From Pseudomonadota bacterium (lineage in GTDB: Bacteria; Bdellovibrionota_B; Oligoflexia; Oligoflexales; CAIYRB01): DNA of 32,308 nt. The first letter of the stretch is position 1. Every line of letters begins with the position of its first letter. Under the pieces are notes generated by a model. The model was given only the letters and a program-made list of their open reading frames with translations. It did no database searches and was not told the origin of the DNA. The stretch lies in NCBI GenBank assembly GCA_031416315.1, contig JANOTL010000194.1:1-32308 (forward strand), given 5' to 3'. Positions 1-8,283 of the stretch are shown in pieces. The position numbers and the translations under genes are program-made.

Positions 1-3000
1 CTTGGCGCCGCTGACGACGGCGGCGTTGCTGCCGGCGTCTTGGGACTGGATCGTGAGCGTGCCGCAACCGGCCGTCGTCTGGGTCAGGGCGGAGTTGGTG
101 AAGACGAGCTTCGTGGTCGCGCCGACGTTGACGGTGGCGCCTTGGCTCGCGGCGGCCCAACCGGCCGACGGGTTCTCGTCGGCGCCGAGGGTCGGGGTGC
201 CGACGGTGATGTCTTGGTAGTATACCGTGACGGCCGACGCGGCGTTGGCGATCGTGGCCTGAGTGATCACACCGGTGCAGTTGCTGGCGCTGTAGAAAAC
301 GCCGGTCCCGGAGCTCGATGCGAGGTCGAGAGTCTTGGCCCCGCTCACGACGGCGGGGTTCCCGTTAACGTCCTGAGACTGCGCGGTGAGCGCTCCGCAA
401 GCCGCGGTGGTCTGGCTCAACGCCGTGTTGGTGAAGACGAGCTTCGTGATGGATCCCGCGCCGACCGTGACGCCTTGCGAGGCCGCGGCCCATCCGGCCG
501 AAGGTGTCTCGTCCGCGCCGAGAGTCGCGGCGCCGGCGGTGGGGTCGGTGTAGTAGACGGTCACGTTGGCGAGGCCGCTGTCGATCGTCGCTTGAGTGAC
601 GCCCGTCGAGCAGCCGGAATCGCTGTAAAACGCGCCCGAGCCGGAGGTGGTCGTCAGGTCGATGGTCTTGTTGGCGCTCAGATTGGCCGCATTGCCGCCG
701 GCGTCGCGCGATTGAATGGTCAGCGCGCCGCACTGTACGGCGGTCTGCGAGAGGGCGGCGTTGGTGAAGGCCAGAGCAGCCACGGGACCGACCGTGACGA
801 TTTGGCCCTGACTCGCAGCGGTCCAGCCGCTAGACGGTGACTCGTCCGCCGTGAGCGTCGGTGTCCCGACCGTGGTGTCCTTGTAGTAGACGACGGCACC
901 CGAAGTCCCGCTGTTGATCGTCGCTTGGGTGATCGGCGTGACGCAGCCGCTGGTGCCGTAGAAGGCGCCGACTCCCGACGAGCTCGAGAGGCTGATCGTC
1001 GTGTTCGCCCCGACGGTCGCGGCGTTGCCGCCTGCGTCGAGGGTCTGGATCGCGAGCGCTCCGCACGCGGTGGTGTTTTGGTTGAGGGCCGTGTTGGTGA
1101 ATGCCAAGGCGGTGATCGAGCCGACCGTGATGCTCGCGTTCTGAGTCGCGGCGGTCCAGGTCGCCGACGGTGATTCGTCGATCGTCAGCGTCGGCGAGCC
1201 GACGACGGTGTCCTTGAAGTAGACCGTGACGGTGGCGCTGCTGTTCGAGATCGTCGCCTGAGTGATGCCGGTTGTACACGTGTTGTTGCTGAAGAAGGCG
1301 CCAGTGCCGCTCGAAGCCGTCAAGGCGACGGTGGTGTCGGCGGCGACGGCGCGCGCCGAATCGCTGCCGTCGCGGGTCTCGACCGTGACCGCGCCGCAGG
1401 CCGCGGTGTTCTGGCTCAGGGCAGCGCTCGTGACGACGAGCTTGGTGATGGGCGAGACGCTGATGGACTCGACCTGCGTCGCCGCCGTCCAACCCGAAGA
1501 CGGCGTCTCGTCGGCCGTCACCGTCGGCGTGCCGATGGTCGAGTCGAGGTAGTAGAAGGTGATGCCGGCGTTGCCGCCTGCGATCGTCGCCTGAGTGATG
1601 CCTAGAGAGCAGCTGCTGTCGCTGTAAAATCCGGCCGATCCCGCGCTCGTCGAGAGGCTGAGCGTCGTATCTGCGGCGACGTTGGCGGCGTTGCCCGCCG
1701 CGTCTTGAGCGTTGACCGTGAGCGAGCCGCAGGCGACGTTCGTCTGGTTCAGCGCGGTGTTGACGAAGGCGAGCTTGGTCGTCGGACCGACGTTGATCGT
1801 CTGGGCCTGCGTCGCATCGGTCCAGCTGGCCGAGGGACTCTCCGCAGCGGTCAAGGTCGGGGTGCCGACCAAGGTGTCTCGGTAATACATGGTGACGCTC
1901 GAAGTGGCGTTCGCGAGCGTCGTTTGCGTGATGCCGGAGCCGCAACCCGAGTCGCTAAAGAATGCGCCTGCCGCCGAGCCCGAAGTCAGCGCGATTGTCG
2001 TATTGGCGCCCGCGGGGCTCGCGTTGCCTTCGGCGTCGCGGCTCGTCACGGTGACTGCGCCGCACGCCGCGGTTGTCTGCGTCAAGGCGGTGCTAGTGAT
2101 GGCGAGCGTAGTGATGGAGCCGACGTTGACCGTGGCGAGCTGGCTAGCCGCCGTCCAGCCGGTAGACGGCGTCTCGTCGGCGCCGAGGGTCGGCGTTCCA
2201 GGGGTCGTAGCCTTGAAGTAGACGATGACGCTCGAGGCGGCGTTGGCGATGCTTGCCTGCGTAGCGCCGGTCGAGCATGCCGCGTCGCTAAAGAAGGCGC
2301 CGGCGCCCGATGTCGTCAGCGCGACGGTCGTGGCCGCCGTGACGGGTGCCGCATTGCCGGCGGCGTCTTGGGATTGGACGGTGAGCGCGCCGCAGGCGGA
2401 GGTGCTTTGGTTGAGGACCGCATTCGTGAAGGCGAGCTTCGAGACCGCGCCGGCGCCGATCGTCGACGCTTGGCTCGCGGCCGCCCAGCCGGCGGAAGGG
2501 GTCTCGTCCGCGCCGATCGTCGGCGAGCCGACGGCCGTGTCCTGGAAGTACACCGTCGCGCTCGCGGTGCCAGCGGAGATCGTCGCTTGCGTGACGCCGA
2601 TCGAGCACGTGTTGTTGCTGAAAAAGAGGCCCGAGCCCGAGCTCGACGTCAGGTCGACGGTGGTCGCGGCGCCGACATTGGCGGCGTTGCCCGCTGCGTC
2701 CTGCGCCTGAATCGCGACTGTGCCGCAACCGGCCGTCGTCTGGGTCAGGGCGCCGTTGGTGAAGGCGAGCTTGGCGATTGGGCCGGCGCCGACCGTGGCC
2801 CCTTGGCCAGCCGCGGTCCAACCGGCAGAAGGGCTCTCGTCGGCGGCGAGCGTCGGCGTGCCGACGCCCGTGTCTTTGTAGTAGACGGTGGCGCTCGACG
2901 AGAGATCCGCGATCGTGGTCTGCGTGATGATCGTCGTGCAGGTGTTGTTGCCATAGAACGTGCCCGTGCCCGAGGTCGTAGACAAGAGCACTGTCTTGGC

Positions 3001-5435
3001 GCCGCTGACGGCCGCGGCGTTGCCGGAGACGTCTTGGGACGCGATCGTCAGCGCGCCGCAACCGACCGTGGTCTGCGTCAGCGCGGAATTGGTGAAGACG
3101 AGCTTCGTGATCGCCCCGGCGCCGATGGTGGCGCCCTGGGTCGCGGCCGTCCACGAAGCCGAAGGATTCTCGTCGGCGGTGAGGGTCGGCGATCCGGCGC
3201 CGGTATCTTTGTAATAAACCGTGACCGAGGACGTCGCGTTCGCGATCGTTGCTTGGGTGATGCCGACGCCGCAGGCGGCGTCGCTGAAGAAGGCGCCGCT
3301 GCCCGCCGTCGACGACAGGTCGATCGTCTTGGCGCCGCTGACGGCGGCGGCGTTCCCGGACGCGTCTTCGGCCCGGATCAAGACGGCGCCGCATGCGGTC
3401 GCGCTCTGGCTCAGGGCGGGGTTGCGGAAAGAGAGCTGAGCGATCGCGCCGACGGCGATCGAGGCGCTCTGGCTGGCGGCGGACCAACCGGCCGTCGGCG
3501 TCTCGTCGGCCGAAAGCGTCGGCGCGCCGGGCGCCGAGTCGCGATAGTAAAACGAGACCGAGGAACTGCCACTGGCCACCGTGGCCTGCGTGATCGAGCT
3601 CAAACAACCGGCGTCACTAAAGAACGTTCCAGACGCGCTTGTCGACACCAAGCCGATCGTGGTGTTTGCCCCGACGGCGGTCGGCGTGCCGCCCGCGTTC
3701 TGCGTTTCGATCGTCACGCTGCCGCATTGGCTCGTCGTCTGACTGAGCGCCGTGCTGGCGAATGCGAGGCGCGCGACGGGTCCGTTGGCAATCGTCTCGA
3801 GCTGCGATGCGGCGGTCCAACCGAGCGTGGGCGTCTCGTCCGCGGTCAAGGTCGAAGACCCGATCGTCGCGTCTTTGTAATACACGGTGACGCTGCTTGT
3901 GGCGTCGGCGATAGTCGCTTGCGTGACGCCGATGCTGCAGGCCGCGTTGCTGAAGAAGGCGCCTGCGCCTGAGCTCGACGCGAGGTCGAGCGTCTTAGCG
4001 CCGCTGACCGTCGCGGGGTTGCCGCCGGCGTCGCGCGCCTGGATCGTTAAAACACCGCATGCGGCGTTATCCTGGCTCAACGCCGGATTCGTGAAGCTCA
4101 GCCCGACGATCGGTCCGACGGCGATCCCCGCGCTTTGAGTCGCCGCCGTCCAAGCGGCCGACGGCGATTCGTCGGCGCCCAAGCTCGGCGTACCGACGAG
4201 CGAATCCTTATAATAGACGGTCGCGGTCGATCCGGCCGCGGCGATCGTCGTCTGGGTGATCACCGAGGCGCAAGCTAGGTCGCTGAAGAAGGCGCCGGAT
4301 GCGGAGGTGCTGGTAAGCCCGATGGTCTTGACGGCATTGACGCTGGCGGTGTTGCCAGCGGCGTCGCGAGTTTCGACGGTTACGGCGCCGCAGGCCGTGG
4401 TGTCTTGCGCGAGCGCGCCGTTGGTGAACTCGATCTTCGCGACGGCGGCAGAGACGATGTTCATGCCGTGTGAAGCTGCCGTCCAGCCGGCGGACGGCGT
4501 CTCGTCCAACGCCAAGGTCGGAGCTCCGGCGCGCGTGTCTCGATAGTAGACCGTGGCGCTTGACGTACCGACCGTCATCGACTTCTGCGAGATGCCGACG
4601 GTACAGGTCGCCTCGGCGAAGAAAGCGCCGAAGGTCGAGCTGGTGGTGAGGCTTATAGACTTCGTGGCCTGGAGCGGCGCGGCGTTGCCGTGGGCGTCTC
4701 GGCTGACGACGGTCACGGTGCCGCAAGCGTCCGATGCTTGGCTCGTCGGTGCTGTGCCGATTTCAAGCTTCGCGACGGCGGCGGGACCGATGACTGCCGT
4801 CTGCGTTCCGGGGAGGTAGCCGGCCGACGGCGTCTCGTCCGCGGTCAGGGTTGCCGCGGCGGCCGCGGTATCAAGGTAATGGACGGTGGCGGTCGACGAG
4901 CCCGAGCTCAGGACCGTTTGCGTCACCGGAGTTGAGCAGGTCGCGTCCGAATAGAAAGCGCCGTTCGCGGAGCTCGTCGTAAGTGAGACGGTCGTGTTGC
5001 TCGCGACCGCGGTCGCATTGGCGACGGCGTCGAGCATCCGGATCGTGAGGACGCCGCACTGGACGGCAGTCTGAGAAAGCGGCGTATTCGCGAACGCGAG
5101 GCGCGCCGGCGGGCCCGCGACAATGGCCACGCCCTGGGAGGCGGCGACCCATCCAGCGGCCGGAGACTCTTGGGCGCCGATCGTCGGCGTTCCGGGCGTC
5201 TGATCACGGTAGTGCGCGGTCGCCTGCGACTGGCCCGCGGCGATCGTGACCGAAGAGATCGGAGTCGCGCAGGCGCCGTCGGCGTAAAAGGCGCCGCCGC
5301 CGGACGTCGTCGACAAGCTGATGACCGTCTCGGCGCCGAGCACTCGCGGGCGATCGCGCACATCCCGAACGCCGATCGTGACGGGTCCGCATCCAACCGC
5401 GCTTTGAGCCAGCGGCGGTGAGCTGAATTTCAGCG
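1..5435 (-). repeat. Tandem array of 16 complete plus 1 partial ~333-bp (111-aa) coding repeats
   Basis: The Y/H-Y/F-x-D motif recurs at about 5210, 4876, 4543, 4210, 3877, 3544, 3211, 2878, 2545, 2215, 1882, 1549, 1216, 883, 550 and 217 (spacing 333 bp, once 330). Approximate consensus: KLxFTNxxLxQxTxxCGxxTIxxxDAxGNxAxVxxxxTIxLxSxSGxGxF(F/Y)SDxxCxxxITQATIxxxxSxxTVYYxDTxxGxPTLxADExPSxGWxAAxQxxxIG. Confidence 0.9.
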
Positions 5436-7230
5436 TGAGCTGCGAGTTTTTGCGCCACTGGTGGATCGTCGGCTGGGGCTGCTCGTTGCCGGCATTGTCT
5501 CGCCCGACCACGCAGAGAGTCTTATTGCCGTCGGCGCCCGTCTCGGTAGCGAGCGGCGTGGCGACCGGCAGCCAACTCGAGAACGAGCCCACGGCGCAGA
5601 TGGTCGAATCCGTGACGAGCGCATACTTGTATTCGGTGACGTCGCTGCCTTCGATTGCAAGCGTCGTCGCCGCGTCGCCGGACGGATCGGCCGGCCCGTT
5701 CGTGAGCGCGACCGCCGCGGGCGGCGTCGAGTCGGCGACCCAGTTATACTCGGCGGGGGCGGTCGTGGCGTTGCCTAGGGCGTCTTGCGCCTGGACGCAA
5801 AGGCGCTTGGCGCCGTCGGTTCCGACTCCGGCGCTGATCGGCGTGGCCGGATCGATCCAGTCGCCGTACTCGGCGTCGGCGCAAGCACCCGGCGGTGCGA
5901 TGAGCGCGAAGCGATACTGTTGAATCTCGTCGCCTTCGACCCGCACGGCAAGATTCGCGGCGCGCGACGGGCTCGCCGGCGTGTCGCGGAGTGCGATCGC
6001 GGGCGGCGCGGCATCCCAGAGAAACGACATGTCGGTCGTCGCCAGGATGGCGTCGCAGGCCGTGTTGATGGCCTCAAGCTTGACGCTGTAAAGCGCGCCG
6101 TTCTCCAGCTGTGCGGCCGGGAACGCGAACGACCACGCCCCGGCGGCGACGGGAAGCGGGATCTGGCTCGGGCAGGCGGCGGCGAAGCTTTTCCCGTCGA
6201 AACAGGCGAAACCGCGGTCGAGCGTGGCCACCGAGAGCTGCATCGAGACGCGATCGACCCTGCCTTCGAGGCCTTTGCCGCCGAAGCCGAACTCGGTAGG
6301 TGTCTTGACGAGCGCCGGCGAGACGCCGTAAATGCCGTTTTGGTCGGTCACCGCGCCGGGCAACATGGTCGTGAAGTCGTTGATGCCGCCGAAGATGCTG
6401 CTCACGGACTGCCGCGAGATGAAATCCCAGCTCGCCGTGTCGCAGGCCGCGCGCGTCGCCAGCGTTTGGTCGAAGACTTTTTCGAGCGAGTCCTTGAAGC
6501 CGGGGTCCGAGGCGATGATCTTCGCCAGCTCGGACAGCGGCTTGGCGAGCGTCGCGGGGTCCAAGCTCGCCAGGACTTTCGCTACGAGCGCCGCCGCATT
6601 TTTCAAGGACTCGGCGGTGACCTTGCCTTTGAGCTCGATGTTGGACTGGATGATGACCCACGTGGCGATCGTCGTGGCGGTGTCGATCTTGATGTCGATC
6701 TTCACGCGGGAGCTGCCATCGCCCACCACGTAGTCTTTCACAGGGACGAGGGTCTGGCCGTTGGAGATCTTGTCTTGATAGGCGACGACGAGCAGAACGT
6801 CGTCAATGAGAAGGTTCGGGACGTCGGCCGCGAAGGTGCCTTTGGCGTCGGTCGTGGCCGCGGCGAGGAGTTGGACCTTGGTCTTGCCGCCGTTGCTGAT
6901 CTTGAGCGCTTCGACGCGGTAGTCCTGCGCCGGCATTTCGGCGGTCACCGCGGTCAGCGCCGCGACCTCGATCGTGCGCACGGTGACGCGGCCGGCGAGG
7001 TTCGCGACCAAGAACTTGTCGGCTTCCGGGAGGGCGGCCTCTTCGCCCGGAGCGATCGGCTCGGCGGCGCCCGCAGGTCCTTCCGGCACGGGATCTTCAG
7101 ATCCGCTGACGCCCGACGCGGTAAAGCCGCCGCCCTTCGTCGGTTTCTTGTTGCAGCTCAGCGACGTCGATAACGTCACGAGTACTGCGAGGTACGCCAG
7201 CCAAGTGCGGAGTGAGAATGAAACATTCAT
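1..7230 (-). CDS. Giant repetitive surface lipoprotein (putative adhesin) with Ig-like repeats; 3' end outside the window
   Basis: ATG at 7230 reads MNVSFSLRTWLAYLAVLVTLSTSLSC-NKKP (hydrophobic stretch plus lipobox Cys26). The same frame is still coding at position 1 (...TTKLVFTNSALTQTTAGCGTLTIQSQDAGSNAAVVSGAK) with GC3-rich codons. It is absent from the ORF track, consistent with there being no stop inside the window. Confidence 0.92.
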   Translation of the reverse strand, partial: MNVSFSLRTWLAYLAVLVTLSTSLSCNKKPTKGGGFTASGVSGSEDPVPEGPAGAAEPIAPGEEAALPEADKFLVANLAGRVTVRTIEVAALTAVTAEMPAQDYRVEALKISNGGKTKVQLLAAATTDAKGTFAADVPNLLIDDVLLVVAYQDKISNGQTLVPVKDYVVGDGSSRVKIDIKIDTATTIATWVIIQSNIELKGKVTAESLKNAAALVAKVLASLDPATLAKPLSELAKIIASDPGFKDSLEKVFDQTLATRAACDTASWDFISRQSVSSIFGGINDFTTMLPGAVTDQNGIYGVSPALVKTPTEFGFGGKGLEGRVDRVSMQLSVATLDRGFACFDGKSFAAACPSQIPLPVAAGAWSFAFPAAQLENGALYSVKLEAINTACDAILATTDMSFLWDAAPPAIALRDTPASPSRAANLAVRVEGDEIQQYRFALIAPPGACADAEYGDWIDPATPISAGVGTDGAKRLCVQAQDALGNATTAPAEYNWVADSTPPAAVALTNGPADPSGDAATTLAIEGSDVTEYKYALVTDSTICAVGSFSSWLPVATPLATETGADGNKTLCVVGRDNAGNEQPQPTIHQWRKNSQLTLKFSSPPLAQSAVGCGPVTIGVRDVRDRPRVLGAETVISLSTTSGGGAFYADGACATPISSVTIAAGQSQATAHYRDQTPGTPTIGAQESPAAGWVAASQGVAIVAGPPARLAFANTPLSQTAVQCGVLTIRMLDAVANATAVASNTTVSLTTSSANGAFYSDATCSTPVTQTVLSSGSSTATVHYLDTAAAAATLTADETPSAGYLPGTQTAVIGPAAVAKLEIGTAPTSQASDACGTVTVVSRDAHGNAAPLQATKSISLTTSSTFGAFFAEATCTVGISQKSMTVGTSSATVYYRDTRAGAPTLALDETPSAGWTAASHGMNIVSAAVAKIEFTNGALAQDTTACGAVTVETRDAAGNTASVNAVKTIGLTSTSASGAFFSDLACASVITQTTIAAAGSTATVYYKDSLVGTPSLGADESPSAAWTAATQSAGIAVGPIVGLSFTNPALSQDNAACGVLTIQARDAGGNPATVSGAKTLDLASSSGAGAFFSNAACSIGVTQATIADATSSVTVYYKDATIGSSTLTADETPTLGWTAASQLETIANGPVARLAFASTALSQTTSQCGSVTIETQNAGGTPTAVGANTTIGLVSTSASGTFFSDAGCLSSITQATVASGSSSVSFYYRDSAPGAPTLSADETPTAGWSAASQSASIAVGAIAQLSFRNPALSQSATACGAVLIRAEDASGNAAAVSGAKTIDLSSTAGSGAFFSDAACGVGITQATIANATSSVTVYYKDTGAGSPTLTADENPSASWTAATQGATIGAGAITKLVFTNSALTQTTVGCGALTIASQDVSGNAAAVSGAKTVLLSTTSGTGTFYGNNTCTTIITQTTIADLSSSATVYYKDTGVGTPTLAADESPSAGWTAAGQGATVGAGPIAKLAFTNGALTQTTAGCGTVAIQAQDAAGNAANVGAATTVDLTSSSGSGLFFSNNTCSIGVTQATISAGTASATVYFQDTAVGSPTIGADETPSAGWAAASQASTIGAGAVSKLAFTNAVLNQSTSACGALTVQSQDAAGNAAPVTAATTVALTTSGAGAFFSDAACSTGATQASIANAASSVIVYFKATTPGTPTLGADETPSTGWTAASQLATVNVGSITTLAITSTALTQTTAACGAVTVTSRDAEGNASPAGANTTIALTSGSAAGAFFSDSGCGSGITQTTLANATSSVTMYYRDTLVGTPTLTAAESPSASWTDATQAQTINVGPTTKLAFVNTALNQTNVACGSLTVNAQDAAGNAANVAADTTLSLSTSAGSAGFYSDSSCSLGITQATIAGGNAGITFYYLDSTIGTPTVTADETPSSGWTAATQVESISVSPITKLVVTSAALSQNTAACGAVTVETRDGSDSARAVAADTTVALTASSGTGAFFSNNTCTTGITQATISNSSATVTVYFKDTVVGSPTLTIDESPSATWTAATQNASITVGSITALAFTNTALNQNTTACGALAIQTLDAGGNAATVGANTTISLSSSSGVGAFYGTSGCVTPITQATINSGTSGAVVYYKDTTVGTPTLTADESPSSGWTAASQGQIVTVGPVAALAFTNAALSQTAVQCGALTIQSRDAGGNAANLSANKTIDLTTTSGSGAFYSDSGCSTGVTQATIDSGLANVTVYYTDPTAGAATLGADETPSAGWAAASQGVTVGAGSITKLVFTNTALSQTTAACGALTAQSQDVNGNPAVVSGAKTLDLASSSGTGVFYSASNCTGVITQATIANAASAVTVYYQDITVGTPTLGADENPSAGWAAASQGATVNVGATTKLVFTNSALTQTTAGCGTLTIQSQDAGSNAAVVSGAK
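5455..6018 (-). repeat. Two ~92-95 aa Cys-containing Ig-like repeats of a second type, preceding the main array
   Basis: W-D/x-x-x-PP...Y(R/K)(F/Y)AL...C......W...ATP....G.DG.K.LCV...D..GN occurs twice; the bounding Trp codons are at 6016, 5740 and 5455. Confidence 0.7.
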
Positions 7231-7349
7231 GGACAGTGTCTTCCGAAGATGGGGCGAGGGCGCGATCGGTCGACGATCGGTTACGGCACGGGTTCTCAAT
7301 CCGCTTCGGTCTTTCCTGATCGTTCTTGAGGACCGCATGCTGGCCCGCG

Positions 7350-7380
7350 AAAAAAAGTTTTTTTGTTAATAAAAACAAAT
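7350..7380. promoter_or_regulatory. AT-rich element in the divergent intergenic region: A7-G-T7 and TTTGTT-N6-AACAAA inverted repeat
   Basis: Seen directly: AAAAAAAGTTTTTTTGTTAATAAAAACAAAT within otherwise GC-rich DNA between divergent genes. A regulatory function is inferred. Confidence 0.4.
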
Positions 7381-7706
7381 GCTTACTAGGCCATCAAGCG
7401 GCGCCTTGGCGATTATTACCCCTCCTTGTGGCGGTAGCCGTCCCGCCCTCGTCGCGACTTTCCACCCGGTCTTGCTGAGCAAAGCGTCAACGCTTGCCGA
7501 AGGGCCAAGACGGAAGGCCGCCTCCGCCGCGGCCTATTCGTCCCGGGGGCGTCAGGAAATCGCAAAGCCTGCCGATCAATACTGTGCATCAGACGACGCT
7601 TTGACCCTGGAGCCTCATTGCCAGCGATCTCGCACATCTTGGTTGGCACTCGCGCCACGGGCCGCGACCCGAAGGCGCGAAGCGCGTCGACGGAGGGGTC
7701 TTGACC

Positions 7707-8279
7707 ATGCGCATGTCGGCCATCACCGCGTTCTCGATCGTCGTGACGCTGAGCTACTGCGGTACGGCGAAAGTCGAAGGCTACGACTGTCCCGCTCCGA
7801 ACGAGCTCCTGGCCGGCGTCAGCATGCGCTGCGGCCCGCAGCAGATCGTCGGCACCCTGGTGGCCGTCCCGCCGCTCGATCGCTGCAGCAAAAGCGGCCA
7901 GCTCGACTGCGTTGCGACGGGGACGTTCTCGGCGATCGACCTGAGCGAGCTCAAGCCGGAGAACATCAAGGCCGGCGTCACGATTGCAGGCACGGTCGGC
8001 GAGTACAAGCCGCCGACCGCGGCGGCATCGATCGAGGACTGTGGCTACGACGGGCAGCAGGGCTGTGTCACCAGCGTCGAGTTTCCGGCCCTAGCGATCG
8101 TGGGGCTCGAGACCAAGATCGCGGCCGGCGAGATCGTCGGCGGCGTCTCGGGCATCGCCACCCTGAACCCGCCCGCGCATTGCTTCAAGAACGGTCAAGT
8201 AGGCTGTCTCGCCGTCTCGAGCTACCCTGCTGTTGCCGATTACAAATTCGCCGAATGTTTCCTCGACGGGGCACCTTGA
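7707..8279 (+). CDS. Small exported Cys-rich repeat protein (possible lipoprotein)
   Basis: GGAGGGGT Shine-Dalgarno upstream of ATG 7707; N-terminal hydrophobic segment ending LSYC; three C-x3-GQ-x2-C-(V/L) repeats; a KPENIKAGVTIAGTVG-type motif. Lies 4 bp upstream of the next gene. Confidence 0.75.
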   Translation: MRMSAITAFSIVVTLSYCGTAKVEGYDCPAPNELLAGVSMRCGPQQIVGTLVAVPPLDRCSKSGQLDCVATGTFSAIDLSELKPENIKAGVTIAGTVGEYKPPTAAASIEDCGYDGQQGCVTSVEFPALAIVGLETKIAAGEIVGGVSGIATLNPPAHCFKNGQVGCLAVSSYPAVADYKFAECFLDGAP

Positions 8280-8283
8280 GCGT

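Noticed and set aside
1..5435. 333-bp periodicity as a possible CRISPR or non-coding array
   Set aside because: The units are in-frame protein repeats diverged at synonymous sites; there is no repeat-spacer structure and no cas gene.
40..7173. Long plus-strand ORFs (40-840, 1705-3972, 5785-7173) and Arg-rich minus-strand ORFs in other frames
   Set aside because: They are antisense or out-of-frame shadows of the giant minus-strand gene; GC-rich codon bias suppresses stops and the translations are Arg/Gly-rich without motifs.
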